This document shows positions 8,560-17,941 of a stretch of 64,000 nt of DNA, in pieces. Source of the stretch: Burkholderiales bacterium (GTDB lineage Bacteria; Pseudomonadota; Gammaproteobacteria; Burkholderiales; SG8-39); assembly GCA_038904015.1 (NCBI GenBank), contig JBCKKZ010000003.1, positions 2,068 through 66,067 of the forward strand, read 5' to 3'. Numbering within the stretch: the first letter of the stretch is position 1; each line of letters opens with the position of its first letter. The notes beneath the pieces were generated by a model. The model did not search any database. It was not told the origin of the DNA and worked only from the letters and a program-made list of their open reading frames with translations. The translations under genes and the position numbers were made by a program.

Positions 8560-9306
8560 CTATTTCGCGCAAACCGCGCAGGCCGGATCCTTCTTGACTC
8601 GCACCGTGCGCCACTCGGATCGTTTGGCGTCGAGCAGCAGTAATCGTCCATTCAGTGTTTCGCCTGCCGCGGTAAGCAGCTTCACCGCTTCCATCGCCTG
8701 CAGCGAACCGACTACGCCTGTGAGGGGCGCGAACACGCCCATCGTGGAGCACTGCACTTCCTCGATCGCGCCGTCTTCCGGGAAGAGGCAGGCGTAGCAG
8801 GGGGCGTCGGGCTTTCTCAGGTCGAAGACCGCGACTTGGGCGTCGAAGCGGATCGCGGCACCGGAGACCAGTGGCTTGTGTCCCACGATGCAGGCGCGGT
8901 TGAGGGCGTGGCGGGTGGCGAAGTTGTCGGAGCAATCGAGGACGACGTCGACGTCGGTGAGTAGCGTCTGCAGGTCGTTCGCTTCGATTCTTTTCTGCAG
9001 GGGAACGATCTTTACGTCGGGATTCAGGGCGGCGAGGGCGGTGCGGGCCGCGTCCACTTTTGGCGTGCCGACGGAATCGGTGCGGTAGAGGATCTGGCGC
9101 TGCAGGTTGGTGAGGTCGACTTTGTCGGGGTCGGCGAGGGTCAGTTTGCCGATGCCGCTGGCGGCGAGGTAGAGGGCGGCGGGGCAGCCCAGGCCGCCGG
9201 CGCCGATGATCAGGGCGTGCGCGGCGCGCAGCCGCTCCTGGCCCTCGATCCCTATTTCATCGAGCAGGATGTGGCGGCTGTAGCGGAGGAGCTGCTGGTC
9301 GTTCAG
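8560..9306 (-). CDS. moeB: molybdopterin-synthase adenylyltransferase (MoeB/ThiF family)
   Basis: The frame is continuous upstream of the ORF-track start and encodes (L)NDQQLLRYSRHILLDEIGIEGQERLRAAHALIIGAGGLGCPAALYLAASGIG (Rossmann GxGxxG). No ATG/GTG/TTG lies in frame before 9057. CTG at 9306-9304 aligns with the usual Met. Confidence 0.8.
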   Translation of the reverse strand: MNDQQLLRYSRHILLDEIGIEGQERLRAAHALIIGAGGLGCPAALYLAASGIGKLTLADPDKVDLTNLQRQILYRTDSVGTPKVDAARTALAALNPDVKIVPLQKRIEANDLQTLLTDVDVVLDCSDNFATRHALNRACIVGHKPLVSGAAIRFDAQVAVFDLRKPDAPCYACLFPEDGAIEEVQCSTMGVFAPLTGVVGSLQAMEAVKLLTAAGETLNGRLLLLDAKRSEWRTVRVKKDPACAVCAK

Positions 9307-9357
9307 GGGGTGGAAAAACTGGCTTCCCGCCTTCGCGGGAATGACGTGGCGCTTTGC

Positions 9358-10782
9358 TCAGTTCGATTTCGCGGCCGGTTTGGTTTGCGCGACCGAGGGC
9401 GTCTGGCCCTTGAGCGGCTCGCCCTTGAGGAACGCGATCGACTGCATGAGCTGGAAGTCGTCCTTGGAGCCCAGTTCGATCGGCTTCGGCGGCTCGGAAG
9501 TCGCGGCCTGCGCCGGGGTCATCGCAGCGGCTTTCGCCTGCGCCGGTGTGGCCTTGGCGGCTTCCTTTTCCTTCTCGCCGTTGCCGAGGTGCCGGTTCAG
9601 GTCCGCTTCGCGCACGCGCGCGGCGAGGGTGGCGCCGGGTTCTTCGACGATCACGTCAGGCGTGATGCCCTTCGCCTGGATCGAGCGGCCGCTGGGGGTG
9701 TAGTAGCGCGCGGTGGTGAGCTTGATGGCGGTGTTGTTGCCAAGCGGCATGATGGTCTGCACCGAGCCTTTGCCGAAGGTCTGCGTGCCGACGATGGTCG
9801 CGCGCTTGTGGTCCTGCAGCGCGCCGGCGACGATCTCGGACGCGGAGGCCGAGCCGCCGTTCACCAGCACCACCATCGGCACCGTCTTCACCGCAGCGGG
9901 CAGGCCCTTCATCATGTCGTTCTTGGCGCCGCGCAGGTAGTCTTCGTTGGTGGCGTAGAACTTCTTGCGCGCGTCTTCGGTGCGGCCATCGGTCGAGACC
10001 ACCAGCAGCTTTGGCTGCAGGAAGGCCGCCGAGATCGCGACCGCGCCGTAGAGCAGGCCGCCGGGATCATTGCGGAGATCGAGCACCAGGCCCTTCAGCG
10101 GCCCCTGCTTGAACATGGTTTCGAGGTGGTGCGCGAGGCTCTCCGGGGTCGCTTCCTGGAACTGCGACACCCTCACCCAGCCGTAGCCCGGTTCGATGAC
10201 CTTGGACTTGACGCTCTGCACCCGGATCACCGCGCGCGTGAGCGTGACGATGATCGGTTGCGGCTCGCCTTTGCGCGCGATTGTCAGCGTGATCTGCGTG
10301 TTGGGCTTGCCGCGCATGCGCTTCACCGCGTCGTTCAGCGTCATGCCCTTGACCTGCGCATCGTCCAGCTTGACGATCAGGTCGCCCGGCTTGACCCCGG
10401 CGCGATACGCCGGCGTATCCTCGATCGGCGAGATCACCTTGACCAGGCCGTCTTCCATGCTGACCTCGATGCCGAGGCCGCCGAACTGGCCCTGCGTGCC
10501 CACCTGCAGTTCCTTGAACGCCTCCGCGTCGAGGTAAGCCGAATGCGGATCGAGCCCCGCGAGCATGCCGTTGATCGCCTCGGTGATCAGTTTCTTGTCC
10601 TCGACCGGTTCGACGTAGTTCTGCTTGATCGCACCGAACACTTCGGTGAAGGCCCGCAATTCCTCGACCGGCAGAGGAGAGCGCGTGGCGAGCTGCCCGA
10701 TCGCCTGGAAGTTCAGGCTGACCAGTATTCCCGCCACCACGCCCAGCGTGATCAGTCCGAAGCTCTTGAATTTGCCGGTCAT
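9358..10782 (-). CDS. ctpA: carboxy-terminal processing protease (S41)
   Basis: PDZ plus S41 motifs (GIEVSMEDGLVKVISPIEDTPAYRAGVKPGDLI...VLVNGGSASASEIVAGALQD...GKGSVQ). ATG overlaps the envC stop (ATGA). Confidence 0.9.
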   Translation of the reverse strand: MTGKFKSFGLITLGVVAGILVSLNFQAIGQLATRSPLPVEELRAFTEVFGAIKQNYVEPVEDKKLITEAINGMLAGLDPHSAYLDAEAFKELQVGTQGQFGGLGIEVSMEDGLVKVISPIEDTPAYRAGVKPGDLIVKLDDAQVKGMTLNDAVKRMRGKPNTQITLTIARKGEPQPIIVTLTRAVIRVQSVKSKVIEPGYGWVRVSQFQEATPESLAHHLETMFKQGPLKGLVLDLRNDPGGLLYGAVAISAAFLQPKLLVVSTDGRTEDARKKFYATNEDYLRGAKNDMMKGLPAAVKTVPMVVLVNGGSASASEIVAGALQDHKRATIVGTQTFGKGSVQTIMPLGNNTAIKLTTARYYTPSGRSIQAKGITPDVIVEEPGATLAARVREADLNRHLGNGEKEKEAAKATPAQAKAAAMTPAQAATSEPPKPIELGSKDDFQLMQSIAFLKGEPLKGQTPSVAQTKPAAKSN

Positions 10783-11957
10783 TTCAGTTTTACCCACTGT
10801 AGGGGATCGAATGGTTTGCCCAGATGCCGCAGTTCAAAGTATAGACCTGTTTGCTCGTTGCCCCCGCTGTGCCCGACAGTTGCGAGAGGCTCGCCCAGAT
10901 TAACCGAATCGCCGGTCTGCTTGAGTAAAGATTCGTTATTGCCGTAGATCGACAGGAAGGCTTGGCCGTGATCCACGATCAGCAGGTTGCCAAAGCCCCG
11001 CATCCAGTCGGAATACACCACCCGGCCGGCGCCAACCGCGCGCACCGGCTCGCCTTCCGGGGCCCGGATGAAGACGCCTTTGGTGGCAAGGCCCCCGTCT
11101 GTATGTGGAGCGCCAAAGCGCCCTGCAAGTTCCCCTCGAACCGGCAGGAGCAGGCTCCCCTTGAGGGTGGAAAACACGCCGCCGGCGGCCCCGGTGCCCG
11201 CCTCGGGCACGGCAGTGACGCGGGCATAGCCCGCGCCGGGCCGCGCCGCGAGCAGCTTGCCGATTTCCTCGACCAGGCGTGCGAGCCGCGATTCGTCGGC
11301 CAGCAGCACCTTGATCTGCTTCCTCGCGTTGCGGATCTCGCCGGCGATGCGCTCCAGGAGCCGACGGTATTCGCGCCGCTCCTTCAACAGGTGTTCGCGG
11401 TCGCTGCGGCTGCGCCCCTCGATGGCCGCCAGCCCGCGCGCCTTGTCCTCGGAATCGGCTTTCAAACGGGCGGCTTCGACGAGCCCGCCCCGCTGGGCCT
11501 CGATCATTTGCGCCGCGGCGCGGGACACGTAGGTCAGGTAGTGAAGTTTGCGCGCGGCGTCGGCCAGGTCTTCTCCCGCGAGCGCGAGACGTACGAAATC
11601 GGGCGCACCCCCCGAGATGCCCGCGACCGCGCGCGCGGCGAGCAGGCGCCCGAGCGCGGCCTGGCCGGCCTCCAGCGATCGCTCCTGCAGGGCCCGGCGC
11701 GCGGCAAGGTCGGCGATGGCCGCGCGCGCGTCGCGGGCTTGCGCCTCCACCGCCTGCAGCGCGCGGTTGGCATCCGATATCGCGACCTCCGATGCCCGCA
11801 GCGCGTCGCGCGCGTCGCGCCGGCCGGATTCCCGGCCCTCGAGCTCGGTTCTGAGCGATTCGATGCGCGCGCGCAGGGCGGCAAGATCCTCCTCTCGCGT
11901 AGCGCCCTGCGCCGACGCGGCTGCGAGCAGTAGCGCGACGAGAAGGTTCCTGTTCAG
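10779..11957 (-). CDS. envC: murein hydrolase activator EnvC-like (coiled coil + LytM/M23 domain)
   Basis: Signal peptide (L)[17 protein letters not shown], a long coiled coil, and C-terminal ...[24 protein letters not shown]...[15 protein letters not shown]. The only plausible start is CTG 11957-11955, overlapping the gpmA stop (CTGA). Confidence 0.8.
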   Translation of the reverse strand: MNRNLLVALLLAAASAQGATREEDLAALRARIESLRTELEGRESGRRDARDALRASEVAISDANRALQAVEAQARDARAAIADLAARRALQERSLEAGQAALGRLLAARAVAGISGGAPDFVRLALAGEDLADAARKLHYLTYVSRAAAQMIEAQRGGLVEAARLKADSEDKARGLAAIEGRSRSDREHLLKERREYRRLLERIAGEIRNARKQIKVLLADESRLARLVEEIGKLLAARPGAGYARVTAVPEAGTGAAGGVFSTLKGSLLLPVRGELAGRFGAPHTDGGLATKGVFIRAPEGEPVRAVGAGRVVYSDWMRGFGNLLIVDHGQAFLSIYGNNESLLKQTGDSVNLGEPLATVGHSGGNEQTGLYFELRHLGKPFDPLQWVKLK

Positions 11958-12694
11958 ATTTTTGTTTTTCCCTGCGCGGCGACTGCGGCCACGCGCTTCG
12001 CTATTTCCTCTGCATCTCCGAGGTAGTAATGCCTGAGCGGTCGCAGATTGTCGTCCAGCTCGTAGACCAGCGGCACGCCGGTTGGCACGTTCAAGCCGAC
12101 GATGTCCGCGTCCGACACCCCGTCCAAGTGCTTGATCAGCGCGCGCAGCGAGTTGCCATGCGCGGCGATGAGGAGCCGGCGGCCGGCGCGCACCGCCGGC
12201 GCGATGGTACTTTCCCAGAACGGAATCACCCGCGCCACCGTGTCCTTCAGGGATTCGGTTCTCGGCACCGTGATGCCGGCGTAGCGCGGGTCGCGCGCCT
12301 CGTGGCGCGGGTCGCCAGGCGGCAGCGCCGGCGGCGGCGTGTCGTAGCTGCGGCGCCACGTCAGAACCTGCGCTTCGCCGAACTTCGCCGCTGTCTCGGC
12401 CTTGTTCAGTCCCTGCAGCGCGCCATAGTGGCGCTCGTTCAGGCGCCAGTCCTTGGCCACCGGGATCCAGAGCTGGTCGAGTTCCTCGAGCGCGAGGTTG
12501 AGCGTGCGGATGGCGCGCTTCAACATCGAGGTGCAGGCGAAATCGAAGGCGTAGCGTTCGGCCAGGAGCAGCCGTCCCGCGCTGCGCGCCTCCTCGACGC
12601 CCTGCGCCGAGAGATCGACGTCGGTCCAGCCGGTAAAGCGGTTCTCGCGGTTCCAGCCGGACTCGCCGTGCCGCAAGAGCACGAGCTTATGCAT
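11954..12694 (-). CDS. gpmA: 2,3-bisphosphoglycerate-dependent phosphoglycerate mutase
   Basis: [29 protein letters not shown]...[11 protein letters not shown]...[11 protein letters not shown]. The ORF-track 488-aa extension was rejected. Confidence 0.95.
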   Translation of the reverse strand: MHKLVLLRHGESGWNRENRFTGWTDVDLSAQGVEEARSAGRLLLAERYAFDFACTSMLKRAIRTLNLALEELDQLWIPVAKDWRLNERHYGALQGLNKAETAAKFGEAQVLTWRRSYDTPPPALPPGDPRHEARDPRYAGITVPRTESLKDTVARVIPFWESTIAPAVRAGRRLLIAAHGNSLRALIKHLDGVSDADIVGLNVPTGVPLVYELDDNLRPLRHYYLGDAEEIAKRVAAVAAQGKTKI

Positions 12695-12733
12695 GCGCTG
12701 AATTATAATGCGGCGATCAAATCGGGAAACCCG

Positions 12734-13153
12734 GTGGAAAACCCTCTGGAATTCATCTCTAAGTATTGGCACCTTGTCGCCATCGCCGCGGTCTCCGGCG
12801 GCATGCTTCTGTGGCCGCTCCTGCGCCGCGGCACGGGCGGGCCCTGGGTCAATACGCTCGCAGCAACGCAGCTGATCAACCGCAGCGATGCGCTGGTGAT
12901 CGACCTGCGCGGCACGGAGGACTACGCCAAGGGGCACATCCTCGGCGCGAGGAACATCCCGCTCGCCGATCTGGAACGGCGCGCGGGCGAGCTCGACAAA
13001 CACAAAACCAAGCCGCTGATCCTGCATTGCGCAGATGGCAATCGTGCCGGTGGAGGTGTGGCGACGCTGCGCGGGAAAGGCTTCGACAGCGTGCACAATC
13101 TTACCGGTGGATACGCCGCCTGGCGGGAAGCCGGACTGCCGGTCGAGAAATGA
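12734..13153 (+). CDS. rhodanese-domain membrane-anchored protein
   Basis: N-terminal [21 protein letters not shown], then rhodanese fold ...[23 protein letters not shown]...[12 protein letters not shown] (active-site Cys loop). GTG start chosen to avoid overlap with divergent gpmA. Confidence 0.75.
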   Translation: MENPLEFISKYWHLVAIAAVSGGMLLWPLLRRGTGGPWVNTLAATQLINRSDALVIDLRGTEDYAKGHILGARNIPLADLERRAGELDKHKTKPLILHCADGNRAGGGVATLRGKGFDSVHNLTGGYAAWREAGLPVEK

Positions 13154-13177
13154 GCACGGTAAAATGAGGCAGGCCCA

Positions 13178-13441
13178 ATGGCGCGCGTGCTGATCTACGC
13201 TACCGCCGCGTGCCCCTATTGCCAGGCCGCCGACCGCCTGCTCGAGAGCAAGGGCGTGAGCGACATCGAACGCGTGCGGGTCGATCTGGAACCCGCGCGC
13301 CGCGCCGAAATGCAGCAAAAGTGCGGCCGCGCTACCGTGCCGCAGATCTGGATCGGCGGCCGGCACGTCGGCGGCAGCGACGAGCTGCATGAACTGGAAG
13401 ATTCCGGAAAACTCGATCAACTACTGGCGAAGGCAACATGA
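13178..13441 (+). CDS. grxC: glutaredoxin 3
   Basis: [19 protein letters not shown]...[18 protein letters not shown]. Confidence 0.9.
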   Translation: MARVLIYATAACPYCQAADRLLESKGVSDIERVRVDLEPARRAEMQQKCGRATVPQIWIGGRHVGGSDELHELEDSGKLDQLLAKAT

Positions 13442-13944
13442 GCGACCCGACACCACCCGCAGGCGCCGATCCACTGCAGGCGCCGGCGCCGCAGCAAGCC
13501 TCGTTCCAGATCGAGAAGCTCTACGTCAAGGATCTGTCGCTCGAGGTGCCGAACGCGCCGCAGGTTTTCATCATGCAGACGGAAAACCCGCAGCTCGAAA
13601 TCCAGGTGCGCAACGAGGGGGCGCAGTTCGCGGAGGCGCTGTTCGAGGCCACGGTCACGGTCACGGTGACCGCGCGCTCGGGCGAGAAGACCGTGTTTCT
13701 CGCCGAAGTGGCGCAGGCCGGGATATTTTCGGCGCACGGCATCCCGGCGCAGGATATTGAGCCGCTGCTCGGCATCGCCTGTCCGACGATCCTCTATCCG
13801 TACGCGCGGGAGGCGATCTCGGACCTGGTGACGCGCGCCGGGTTTCCCGCGGTGGTGCTGGCGCCGGTGTCGTTCGAGCAGATCTACATGGAACGCAGGC
13901 GGCAGGCGGCACAAGCCGAGCCGAAAATCGAATTGGCGAACTGA
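13438..13944 (+). CDS. secB: protein-export chaperone SecB
   Basis: [22 protein letters not shown]...[38 protein letters not shown]. Confidence 0.9.
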   Translation: MSDPTPPAGADPLQAPAPQQASFQIEKLYVKDLSLEVPNAPQVFIMQTENPQLEIQVRNEGAQFAEALFEATVTVTVTARSGEKTVFLAEVAQAGIFSAHGIPAQDIEPLLGIACPTILYPYAREAISDLVTRAGFPAVVLAPVSFEQIYMERRRQAAQAEPKIELAN

Positions 13945-13946
13945 CC

Positions 13947-14399
13947 GTGAAACGGATTTTATCCTTTGCCATATTCGCCGCATTCAGTGCGTGCAGCATC
14001 GCGCCAAGCACGATGGCAGCCGATTTCCGTTCGGTGCAGGACAACGCCGCGGTGCTCTACGATGCGCCCTCGCGGCAGGCGACGCCGCTGTTCGTAGTGT
14101 CGCGCAGCTATCCGCTCGAGGTCATCGTCAACCTGGAGGCCTGGGTCAAGGTGCGCGACCATGCGGGAGCGCTCACCTGGATCGAGAAGAAAGCGCTGGG
14201 CGACAAGCGCATGGTGCTGGTGACCGCCCCTGCGGTGGAGGCGCGCCAGCGCGCCGAAGACGCCGCGCCGGCCGCGTTCAGCGCTGCGCAGAACGTGGCG
14301 CTGGAACTGGTCGAGATCGCGCCCAATGGCTGGCTGCGCGTGCGCCACGCCGACGGTGCGACCGGGTATGTGCGCGCCGCTTCGGTCTGGGGCGACTGA
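13947..14399 (+). CDS. exported SH3-like domain protein
   Basis: Signal peptide [24 protein letters not shown]. Two SH3b-like segments (AAVLYDAPS...YPLEVI...WVKVRD; ...[21 protein letters not shown]). Confidence 0.5.
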   Translation: MKRILSFAIFAAFSACSIAPSTMAADFRSVQDNAAVLYDAPSRQATPLFVVSRSYPLEVIVNLEAWVKVRDHAGALTWIEKKALGDKRMVLVTAPAVEARQRAEDAAPAAFSAAQNVALELVEIAPNGWLRVRHADGATGYVRAASVWGD

Positions 14400-14407
14400 G
14401 AGGGCGC

Positions 14408-15406
14408 GTGGCGGTGCTCGCGGTGCTGGGTGCGGGCGCGTGGGGCACGGCTCTGGCCATCGCGTTGGCGCGATCCAGCGAAGCGCTTGCCAACCGGCAC
14501 CGGGTGACGTTGTGGACGCGCGATCCCGCGCAGGCACAGGCGCTGGCCGCCGGGCGCCGCAACGCGCGCTACCTGCCCGAAGTTGCATTGCCTGAAGCGT
14601 TGCGAGTCGCATCCGACCTGGACCTGGCGCTGTCAGGCGCGGAACTTCTCGTTGCTGCAACGCCAGTGGCGGGACTGCGCGACCTGCTGGGCAAACTGAA
14701 GGGCGGCAAAGTTCCGCTGGTCTGGCTGTGCAAGGGATTCGAGCAGGATAGCGCCGCGCTGCCGCACGAAATTGTCGCGGCCTCGGGAATCCGCGCGCCC
14801 AGCGGCGCGCTTTCGGGGCCGTCGTTCGCGCTGGAAGTAGCCAAGGGCTTGCCCTGCGCATTGACGCTCGCCTCCGCTGATGCCGCGTTTGCCGCGAGCG
14901 CGGCCGCGCAATTGCACGGCGGCAGGCTGCGTGTCTACCACTCGGACGACGTGGTGGGCGTCGAGATCGGCGGCGCGGTGAAAAACGTGCTCGCGATCGC
15001 GGTGGGCATCTGCGACGGCCTGGGCCTGGGACAGAACGCCCGCGCCGCGCTGATCACCCGGGGCCTGGCCGAGCTCGCGCGCCTGGGCGTCGCGCTCGGC
15101 GGGCGCGCCGAAACGGTGATGGGGCTCACCGGCGCGGGCGACCTCATTCTCACGGCCACGGGGGATCTCTCGCGCAACCGGCAAGTCGGATTGCAGCTGG
15201 CGGCCGGCAAATCGCTGCCCGAGGCGGTGGCCTCGCTCGGGCATGTCGCCGAGGGCGTGCGCTCGGCGCAGGCGACGCTGGCGCGCGCAAAAAGCTGTGC
15301 GGTGGAGATGCCGATCGCCGCCGCGGTGAACGCAGTACTCGAGGGGAAGCTAGCGCCCCGGCAGGCGGTCGAGTTGTTGCTGGCCCGCGATCCGCGCGGC
15401 GAATAG
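14408..15406 (+). CDS. gpsA: NAD(P)H-dependent glycerol-3-phosphate dehydrogenase
   Basis: [21 protein letters not shown] (GxGxxG) ...[28 protein letters not shown]... Confidence 0.9.
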   Translation: MAVLAVLGAGAWGTALAIALARSSEALANRHRVTLWTRDPAQAQALAAGRRNARYLPEVALPEALRVASDLDLALSGAELLVAATPVAGLRDLLGKLKGGKVPLVWLCKGFEQDSAALPHEIVAASGIRAPSGALSGPSFALEVAKGLPCALTLASADAAFAASAAAQLHGGRLRVYHSDDVVGVEIGGAVKNVLAIAVGICDGLGLGQNARAALITRGLAELARLGVALGGRAETVMGLTGAGDLILTATGDLSRNRQVGLQLAAGKSLPEAVASLGHVAEGVRSAQATLARAKSCAVEMPIAAAVNAVLEGKLAPRQAVELLLARDPRGE

Positions 15407-15445
15407 CCGGTCCGATTCACCTGAACGCAGCCGAGGGACCAAATC

Positions 15446-16594
15446 ATGCCCGACATTTCCCGCGCCTACTCGATCGAGGACCTCAGAAGCATGGCCCGCA
15501 GGCGCCTGCCGCGCGCGATCTTCGATTTCTTCGACGGCGGCGCGGAGGACGAGCTGACGCTGCGCGACAACCGCGCCGCCTTCGAGCGCACGCGGCTGCT
15601 GCCGCGGGTGCTGGTGGACGTGTCGGCGCCCGAGCTTGCGTGCGAGATTCTGGGCGCGCCGTCGAAGCAGCCCTTCGTCATCGCGCCCACCGGCGGCATC
15701 GGCATCGCGTGGCCGGGGGCCGACGTGGCGATCGCGCGCTGTGCGGCGGCGCTCGGCATTCCCTACACGCTTTCCACCAACGCCACCGCCTCGATCGAGG
15801 AGATCGCGGAAAAGGCGCCCGGGCGCCTCTGGTTCCAGCTCTACGTGCTGCGCGAGCGGGCCTTCGTCGACAAACTGGTGGCGCGTGCGGATGCCGCCGG
15901 CTACGAGGCGCTGGTGCCGACGGTGGACCTCGCGGTCGGCGGCAAACGCGAGCGCGATTTTCGCAACGGCTTCTCCATCCCGCCGCGCCTGACGCCCGGC
16001 CAACTGCTCTCGGGCGTGCTGCACCCGGCCTGGGCGTGGCGCATCGCGTTGAACGGCGGCCTGCCGGACTTCGTCAACGTGCGCGGCTACGCGGGCAGCC
16101 GGGAGCGCGGCCTCGCGCTCGCCTCCTCGGTCGGCCGCGACACCGATCCGTCCTTCGACTGGGACGATCTCGCGCGCCTGCGCGAGCGGTGGAAACGGAA
16201 GCTCATCGTCAAGGGCGTGAGCCGCCCGGACGACGCCGAGCGGCTGGTGAAAATGGGCGTGGACGGCGTCTGGGTGTCGAACCACGGCGGGCGGCAGCTC
16301 GATGGCGCCATCGCCTCGCTCGATGCGATGGCGGCGATCGCGCGCGCGGTCGGCGGCAGGATCGCGGTGATCATGGACGGTGGCGTGCGGCGCGGCGCCG
16401 ACGCGCTCAAGGCGCGTGCGCTGGGCGCGCAGGCGGTCTGCGTCGGCCGCGCCGCGCTCTACGGCGTCGCCGCCGGCGGCGAAGCGGGCGCGCGCCACGC
16501 GCTCTCGATCCTCTCGAGCGAGCTCGTGCGCACGATGCAGCTTTGCGGCGCGGCCCGCATCGCCGACATCGGCCCCGACCTGATCAGCCGATAA
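15446..16594 (+). CDS. FMN-dependent alpha-hydroxy-acid dehydrogenase (L-lactate dehydrogenase/glycolate oxidase family)
   Basis: ...LYVLRERAFVDKLVARADAAGYEALVPTVD...VKGVSRPDDAE...VWVSNHGGRQLD...DGGVRRGADALKARALGA. Confidence 0.85.
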   Translation: MPDISRAYSIEDLRSMARRRLPRAIFDFFDGGAEDELTLRDNRAAFERTRLLPRVLVDVSAPELACEILGAPSKQPFVIAPTGGIGIAWPGADVAIARCAAALGIPYTLSTNATASIEEIAEKAPGRLWFQLYVLRERAFVDKLVARADAAGYEALVPTVDLAVGGKRERDFRNGFSIPPRLTPGQLLSGVLHPAWAWRIALNGGLPDFVNVRGYAGSRERGLALASSVGRDTDPSFDWDDLARLRERWKRKLIVKGVSRPDDAERLVKMGVDGVWVSNHGGRQLDGAIASLDAMAAIARAVGGRIAVIMDGGVRRGADALKARALGAQAVCVGRAALYGVAAGGEAGARHALSILSSELVRTMQLCGAARIADIGPDLISR

Positions 16595-16597
16595 ATC

Positions 16598-16680
16598 GTG
16601 GGCCGGGTGGTTGAAACCATGCAAGGCATCAACGATTCTTGCAACAGGATTGCCGACATCATCAGCGTGATCGACAGCGG
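16598..16680 (+). pseudogene. methyl-accepting chemotaxis protein fragment (~24 codons)
   Basis: VVETMQGINDSCNRIADIISVIDS resembles the segment just before the conserved [20 protein letters not shown] signalling core, which is absent here. Confidence 0.35.
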
Positions 16681-16730
16681 CCACTGCGGAGAAAAAACCT
16701 TACATTCGCCGCGTAATACGCGGTCATTAA

Positions 16731-17156
16731 TCGGCGCAACGCTACTACAGCCTGTCGGCGCAAATTCAGCGCGAGCGCAAGGACTACTACGACCTGCTTG
16801 AGCGTACGCAAAAAGGCACGCTAGATGTCACCGGCTGGCTCGAATGGTTTCTCGGCTGTCTGCTGGGCGCGATGCGGGGAGCCGATGTGATTCTCTCCGC
16901 GGTGCTGGGGAAAGCGCGCTTCTGGCAGCACTGGGCCGGTACGCCGATGAATGCGCGGCAGATCGAGATTCTCAACCTGCTGCTCGATGGTTTTGAAGGC
17001 AAATTGACCAGCAGCAAGTGGAGTGCGATCGCCAAATGCTCGCCGGATACTGCGTTGCGCGACATTACTGAATTGCTGGAGCGGGGCGTGTTGGTCAAAT
17101 CGGATGCGGGCGGGCGCAGTACGAGTTACGAGTTGAAACGCTTCACTGCCGGATAG
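16731..17156 (+). pseudogene. Fic-family protein, C-terminal fragment (catalytic Fic domain missing)
   Basis: Starts right after an in-frame TAA. ...RYYSLSAQIQRERKDYYDLLERTQKGTLDVTGWLEWFLGCL...FWQHWAGTPMNARQIEILNLLLDGFEGKLTSSKWSAIAKCSPDTALRDITELLERGVL...GGRSTSYEL. Confidence 0.6.
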
Positions 17157-17189
17157 CTCAAACACCAAGCCGCTTTCGCCTTTGGTCGC

Positions 17190-17417
17190 TTGCCGATCTG
17201 CTCGATTTCTGAAATCGCGATTGGCGACGAAGTGCAGAGCTGGAATTTTGCGGCCGGCCGCATCGCCGCCAACCGCGTCTCGCGCCTGCATCGTTTCGAT
17301 GCCGACGGCTATCTGAAGATCAACGATCTGGAAGTCACCGGCAAGCATCCTTTCGCCGTCGCAGAAAACGTCTGGGCCGAAGCTGAAGACCTGTGCGCGG
17401 GAGATCTGCTCGTCGGC
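17190..17417 (+). pseudogene. Hint (intein/pre-toxin Hint)-domain fragment
   Basis: ...ISEIAIGDEVQSWNFAAGRIAANRVSRLHRFDADGYLKINDLEVTGKHPFAVAENVWAEAEDLCAGDLLVG. The Hint-like pattern lacks its own beginning and any downstream toxin or extein. Confidence 0.4.
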
Positions 17418-17476
17418 CGCGCGACGTGCTGGTCGAGTTCGAGGACCCGGGCTGATGCGGGCAGCTTGAGTCGGTC

Positions 17477-17941
17477 TCACGCACCACTGGCAAAACCGAG
17501 CTGGCGCCACGCCTCGAATACCGTCACCGCGACCGCGTTGGAGAGATTCAAGCTGCGGTTGCCGGGACGCATTGGCAATTTGATTTGTCGTCCCGGGGGA
17601 AATTGCGACAGAAATTCTTTGCCCAAACCCCTCGTTTCAGAACCGAAGACAAAAGCGTCGTTCGCCAGAAATCGGGTGTCGAACACGCTTGTTACAGCAC
17701 CTGTTGTCAATGCAAAAAGGCGTTCCCGATTCAAAATCTTCACACACGAATCCCAATCGGGGTGCACGCGCACGCTGGCGTACTCGTGGTAGTCGAGCCC
17801 GGCGCGCTTGAGCTGCTTGTCGTCCATGGAAAAGCCAAGGGGTTCCACCAAATGCAGGCGCGCGCCGGTGTTGGCGGCGAGGCGGATCACGTTGCCGGCA
17901 TTGGGCGGAATTTCCGGATGGACGAGAACGATGTCGAACAT
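17477..17941 (-). CDS. trmL: tRNA (cytidine/uridine-2'-O)-methyltransferase TrmL (SpoU family)
   Basis: MFDIVLVHPEIPPNAGNVIRLAANTGARLHLVEPLGF...FVFGSETRGL...RSLNLSNAVAVTVFEAWRQ. Confidence 0.9.
   Translation of the reverse strand: MFDIVLVHPEIPPNAGNVIRLAANTGARLHLVEPLGFSMDDKQLKRAGLDYHEYASVRVHPDWDSCVKILNRERLFALTTGAVTSVFDTRFLANDAFVFGSETRGLGKEFLSQFPPGRQIKLPMRPGNRSLNLSNAVAVTVFEAWRQLGFASGA

Noticed and set aside
8560-8797. Downstream continuation of the Uma2-fragment ORF
   Set aside because: Runs antisense through moeB with no Uma2 similarity beyond about 8520. Treated as read-through of a truncated gene.
9217-10947. 576-aa ORF on the plus strand
   Set aside because: Antisense to ctpA and the moeB 5' end. 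No domain signatures.
11958-12359. Upstream extension of envC to the ORF-track start
   Set aside because: It would add ~130 Arg-rich residues read out of frame across the gpmA 3' half, ahead of an obvious signal peptide.
12029-12733. Upstream extension of the rhodanese ORF
   Set aside because: Antisense to gpmA. The rhodanese-domain protein starts with its TM segment at GTG 12734.
15350-16684. 444-aa ORF on the minus strand
   Set aside because: Antisense to the FMN-dependent hydroxy-acid dehydrogenase (SNHGGRQLD motif on the plus strand).
16709-16723. Short palindrome ccgcg-taata-cgcgg at the MCP/Fic fragment junction
   Set aside because: Only a 5-bp stem, too short to assign any function.
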